Below are positions 59,775 to 64,000 of a DNA stretch of 64,000 nt, piece by piece. The DNA comes from Bispira polyomma (lineage: Eukaryota), in NCBI GenBank assembly GCA_965649765.1, contig OZ287752.1, positions 17,360,001-17,424,000 on the forward strand, read 5' to 3'. The translations under genes were made by a program, and so were the position numbers. Each line of letters opens with the position of its first letter. Within the stretch, counting starts at the first letter, position 1. The notes beneath the pieces are model-generated. The model saw only the letters and a list, made by a program, of their open reading frames with translations, ran no database searches and was not told the DNA's origin.

Positions 59775-62574
59775 TATATGTACAAATGCTAATTATATAA
59801 ATATGGAGTTTAGTGTTTAGATATTATTTGATAAGCCAGGTAACTATCAAATATATTACAATTAACTTTCTGGAATACTTAACCTATTCTTTATTGAAAA
59901 CGAGTACAGATGTTACCATGAAGTGACTGGGCAATTCCTAAACCAGGACTGTGTCTACTGAATAGAGGACAGAGTTTAAGCTCAGTGTAAAAGTGGAAAG
60001 TCTTAGTTTTCTTATAATAACAAAAAACAAAATCATGCAAGTAATTCCAAGTTAAAGTGTAAATAATACAAGTAATATTTCAAGCACATATCAATTTTAT
60101 TGTTTTGTTATTATATGTGTGTATTAATGAGTCAAAATTAGGTTGTCCCAGCTACTGATTATGTAAGGTTTTCAGTATTGTCTGAACAGTTTATGACTCC
60201 TGAGTGGTGACAAGACAGGTCAATCTCTTTATATCAACTTCACAGATACAGTACACCCTTTTTTCAGACATACAATGTCCACATAATATAGAGAGCATGT
60301 GGGTGGTGTAAACGATTATATTCTAAATGCATAATAAAGAGTGGGCAATTTTACCAGTTAATGGTTAAAAATGGCCTTCATGTAGTTTGGATATCAGATT
60401 CTAGTTTCCAGATAGACTGTACTGGTGCTGCAAAAGTTAATGCCCACGAAACAGTCAAGTCCTACTTTGAATTTAATTGTTAATATCTCTAAGAAGCATT
60501 GATATTTTAATATTGTGTTATTAGATACAAAACGACACACTAACAAGTATTGATAATTTAATATTGTGTTATTAGATAAAAAAAAACACACTGAATGGAG
60601 CAATGTATTGATAACATATTCAAAAGCTATCTTTAAAGATTTATTTCCAGTCAAAGAAAGTGTTAACTGTTGGCGGGCATTAGCTGTTACAGCACTAATA
60701 CTCTTTTAAACAAGGCACTTACAAGGCACTCCTAAGAAATATTTCAAATGTACGTCAGCACAATACTCATGTCAAGCAGGCTTTGAATCTTTCACACGAA
60801 CCTTACTTTTTAGGGCATATGTGGTGACAGTTTCCAAGATTCCATAGTAATAACCTAGGTCACATTTACATGGATGGCCATCACAAACGCACGACAATCT
60901 TCGTATCAGTAAGAGACAGGATGTTTCAACTTTGTTTCAGAGTCATCTACATTTGCAGCAAATCAGAACTGTTTGTTAAAGTCTGTGAGCAACTAGTCTC
61001 GCCGTCACAAAACAGATGAAATGTTCAAAATTTTCAGGGACAAATGCATGTTAGTAAGGGTTTTTGTGGGGGGAGGGAGGCAGAGGGATATAATTCTTGA
61101 TTTGTTTTGGAACATTTTTCTTTAGTTGCAGTTTGTGTTGACTCATTTCACATTAGTGTCCATTAGTAGCATATAGTGACCTTCCATTGCGATTAGTGAT
61201 GTATTAGTAGGTATTTGTTTTTGTTTGTTATGTCTTCGTTTCTCATTAGTGGGTGTTAGTGAAAGTATGTGTCCCTTTTTTGGAGCTAGTTTCAACTTTG
61301 GGGCTAAGGGGCATTTTTAGGAGGTAGTGGGGGGAGGACTGGGATGACCAAAACTTGTGCTTACACAAATGTCAACTTTCAGGGTTATATCCTTTAGTAA
61401 CTATTAGTATAAAATTATGGTCATCCTAGTTCAACAATAAAAGAACCCTGACATTGAAGCCCACAAATACTCACACATAAAGTTGTGTAACATATATAAG
61501 TTCAAACTCCCTAAAAAGTTAACCTTTAAATATATTTTTTGTACAATATATAAACTCAAAAAAATATTTAGGTCCAAAAAGAATGGAGCGTTACTTGTTT
61601 TAGTCTAAATAGGATGTCCAACCCCTGAGAGGGAACCTTATCAGAATCAATATTTTATTAAAAATCAAAATATTATTTGGTCAAACCTATTAGTATGTCA
61701 AATAGGATCATCGTACTTCAACAGTGACAGCCAAAGAACTTATTCCATGTTTAAGCTATAATTCTGAATCCCAAAACAGTGCCGCACGTAGAAAATAAAA
61801 TTTTCTGCATCTAAACCCTCTTTTTTGGATTATTGAGATTATCCACAACTTTTGGGGCATTAAAGATATCAGACAAAAAATTTGAAGAAAAACATGCCAC
61901 AACTGAAGTAATGTTCTTACATTTGGTGAGTGCAAAGGTGAAAACCAGTACTTCTATTAGAGGTCTGTACAATATAGAACTGATTTGAAAATAAGTCAGT
62001 GCAATTGGTGATTAGTATCTGTAGAACTATGTTTACTACAGAAATATCAACCTAAGTACATGAAATACACATACACGTGATTTTTTGTGCATATAAAGTT
62101 TTATCAAATATAAGTGTTTATATCTGTGTGCAACAGTTTCCAAATTAATCCCTTATGTGTGACACAAATTCAACACTCTTTTAGAATCAGGTACTACAAA
62201 CTGTGTGTGTCAACTGCTGTAAAATATTATGGATCTCTTAGGTGGGAATTTTTGCTCTTTTTGCTGATGAACTAGAATAGTAAAAAGGTTTGGTTAAGAT
62301 TTAAATTTGAAAAAAATGTACATTATTATTTTAAGTAAATTTGATAAAGAGTGAAAATGAATTCTAGGAAAAGTCCTAAAATGGTAAAGTTGTGAAAATG
62401 CAGTAGCGCTAACATATCAAGTTTTACAGTATCTGTACCAGATCTGTCAGAAACCTAGCACACCAGGCATCCTAATACACTGTTTCAATTATGTCAATTC
62501 TTAACTTTTTACCCATGATACAAAGAATACAACAGGGTATAATATAATACACCGCTTATTAAGACAAATGTATT

Positions 62575-62782
62575 AGGAAAGGTCCCCATCAGGACAAGCT
62601 CTCTCCAGGAAAAAGTCCCCATCAGGACAAGCCCCCATCAATAGGTTTCCCACCAGGAAAAGTCCCGACCAGGATAAGCCCCCATCAGGACAAGCTCCCA
62701 TCAGGACAAGCCCCATCAGTAAGTTCCCTACCAGGACAAGCCCCCACTAGTAAATTCCCCACCAGGAAAAGTCCCCATCAGC
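62575..62782 (+). repeat. Degenerate short-unit tandem repeat (caggacaagcccccat / caggaaaagtccccat)
   Basis: Direct inspection. Confidence 0.85.
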
Positions 62783-62914
62783 CTAATTGTGTGTGTGTGT
62801 GTCATTAAATGACAATTATTAGTATTTTATTTTTTTAATCCATTAATATCTGAATGTAATAACCATAGATCTAAATTCTGTATATTTATCCCCCCCCCCC
62901 CCCCCACACACACA

Positions 62915-63125
62915 GTAATCTACCCACCTTGAAGACCCTGGTTCAAATCTGGGAAGGGGGTATTAAGTGGGAAAGTTACTTGCTGATGGTCACTGGTTTC
63001 TTAGGGTAGAATCTTGATGAACTAGTATAAATACACTAGTTTTCCTCCAGCACTGAAACAGCCGGTCATGATATGACCTATTTACAATGTATTGAAAGTG
63101 ACGCTTAAATCAAAATCAAATCAAA
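62915..63125 (+). mobile_element. tRNA-derived SINE
   Basis: ggttcaaatc B box; gtcatgatatgacc; ttgaaagtgacg; (tcaaa)n tail. Confidence 0.8.
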
Positions 63126-63134
63126 TATGAGGGA

Positions 63135-63344
63135 AAGTTTGTCAGGGTACTTGCTGTAGAAGTTTGTCAGAGTACTTGCTGTAGAAGTTTGTCAGGGTAC
63201 TTGCTGTAGAAGTTTGTTAGGGTAGTTGTTGTAGAAGTTTGTCAGGGTACTTGTTGTAGAAGTTTGTCAGGGTACTTGCTCTAGAAATTTGTCAGGGTAC
63301 TTGTTGTAGAAGTTTGTCAGGGTATTTGCTGTAGAAGTTTGTCA
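63135..63344 (+). repeat. Minisatellite, 25-bp unit x~8
   Basis: aagtttgtcagggtacttgctgtag. Confidence 0.95.
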
Positions 63345-64000
63345 TGCCAAATGACTTGCTTTCTTTTTCAGGGATAAATGTTTGTCAACAACAACCAATA
63401 AAAGATTATAAAATAATTCTTCTCTTGATATTTATTGTAAATATAACACAGATGTTTTTTGTCAAATTGCCCTTCACTGAAGTTCACAATACACTTGGCT
63501 AAGATTGTAACATAGACGAGAATATCTGTCATTTTATGTGTTAAATGTGTTCAAATAACAACTATAGTACAACAATATTTGACCATTTTTACATTAACAC
63601 CTAGCCTGTACTGTAGAGGCTTAATGAGACACAGATAATGAAATAAAAACATTGAAAAACAATCAGGACTTCTGTCATTAATAACAATACAAAACATGTC
63701 AGCAAATATATTAGCAATAAAAAAAAGCAAACTATGACAAGTGATATTTATAATTAGAATTAGAATTATGTCTCCCAACACAAATGTCCCCGGTGATAGT
63801 TAAAACTAATAACACAATCCTCAGTAAACGTTGTTCATCCACAGCCTTCACTGTCTTTGTAAGACAAATGGGGGTTAATAAGCATGTCTGATATCAAAAC
63901 ATGCCATATATTAGAAGGTCATACATGGAAACAAGGATCACTTAAAACTTTTTCTTTCAACTTTGATCTGACCTCAATCCTTTAATGTGTATACTGCCTT

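Noticed and set aside
56340-61000. Possible minus-strand exons or an old LINE remnant (56.3-56.6 kb, 60.6-61.0 kb)
   Set aside because: Short, stop-interrupted and without a recognisable domain; cannot be supported by eye
63135-63344. Regular 25-bp repeats as a CRISPR array
   Set aside because: Head-to-tail units without unique spacers, no cas genes, eukaryotic context

Overview
AT-rich, intron-containing animal DNA, most likely a marine invertebrate judging from the SINE and transposon types; the species cannot be named from sequence alone. The first ~41 kb is a + strand tandem cluster of immunoglobulin-superfamily (IgSF) type I membrane receptor genes. Gene A is a 3' half (806-9415). Gene B is apparently intact from its first Ig exon (17222-26804: 7 Ig, FN3, FN3-like, TM, cytoplasmic tail). 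Gene C is a pseudogene with different N-terminal Ig domains (31403-37544). A duplicated upstream region of a probable fourth copy lies at ~39.6-40.8 kb. All ectodomain exons are phase 1-1, one domain per exon. The tails are split over two small exons missed by the ORF track and carry an ITSM-type motif (TTYENV), a YxxL (YTDL) and a terminal ITIM (VTYETI). This looks like a birth-and-death cluster of inhibitory immune or allorecognition-type receptors. The window is heavily invaded by mobile DNA: four tyrosine-recombinase (DIRS order, Ngaro/PAT-type) retrotransposons (one with complete split direct repeats A1-B1-A2-B2), PIF/Harbinger elements, L2/CR1-type LINE fragments, a degenerate CCHC gag, tRNA-derived SINEs, MITEs and minisatellites. 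The region 55-64 kb is essentially non-coding and repetitive. Exon boundaries were read by eye from GT/AG sites, reading frame and paralog comparison; there is no transcript support.
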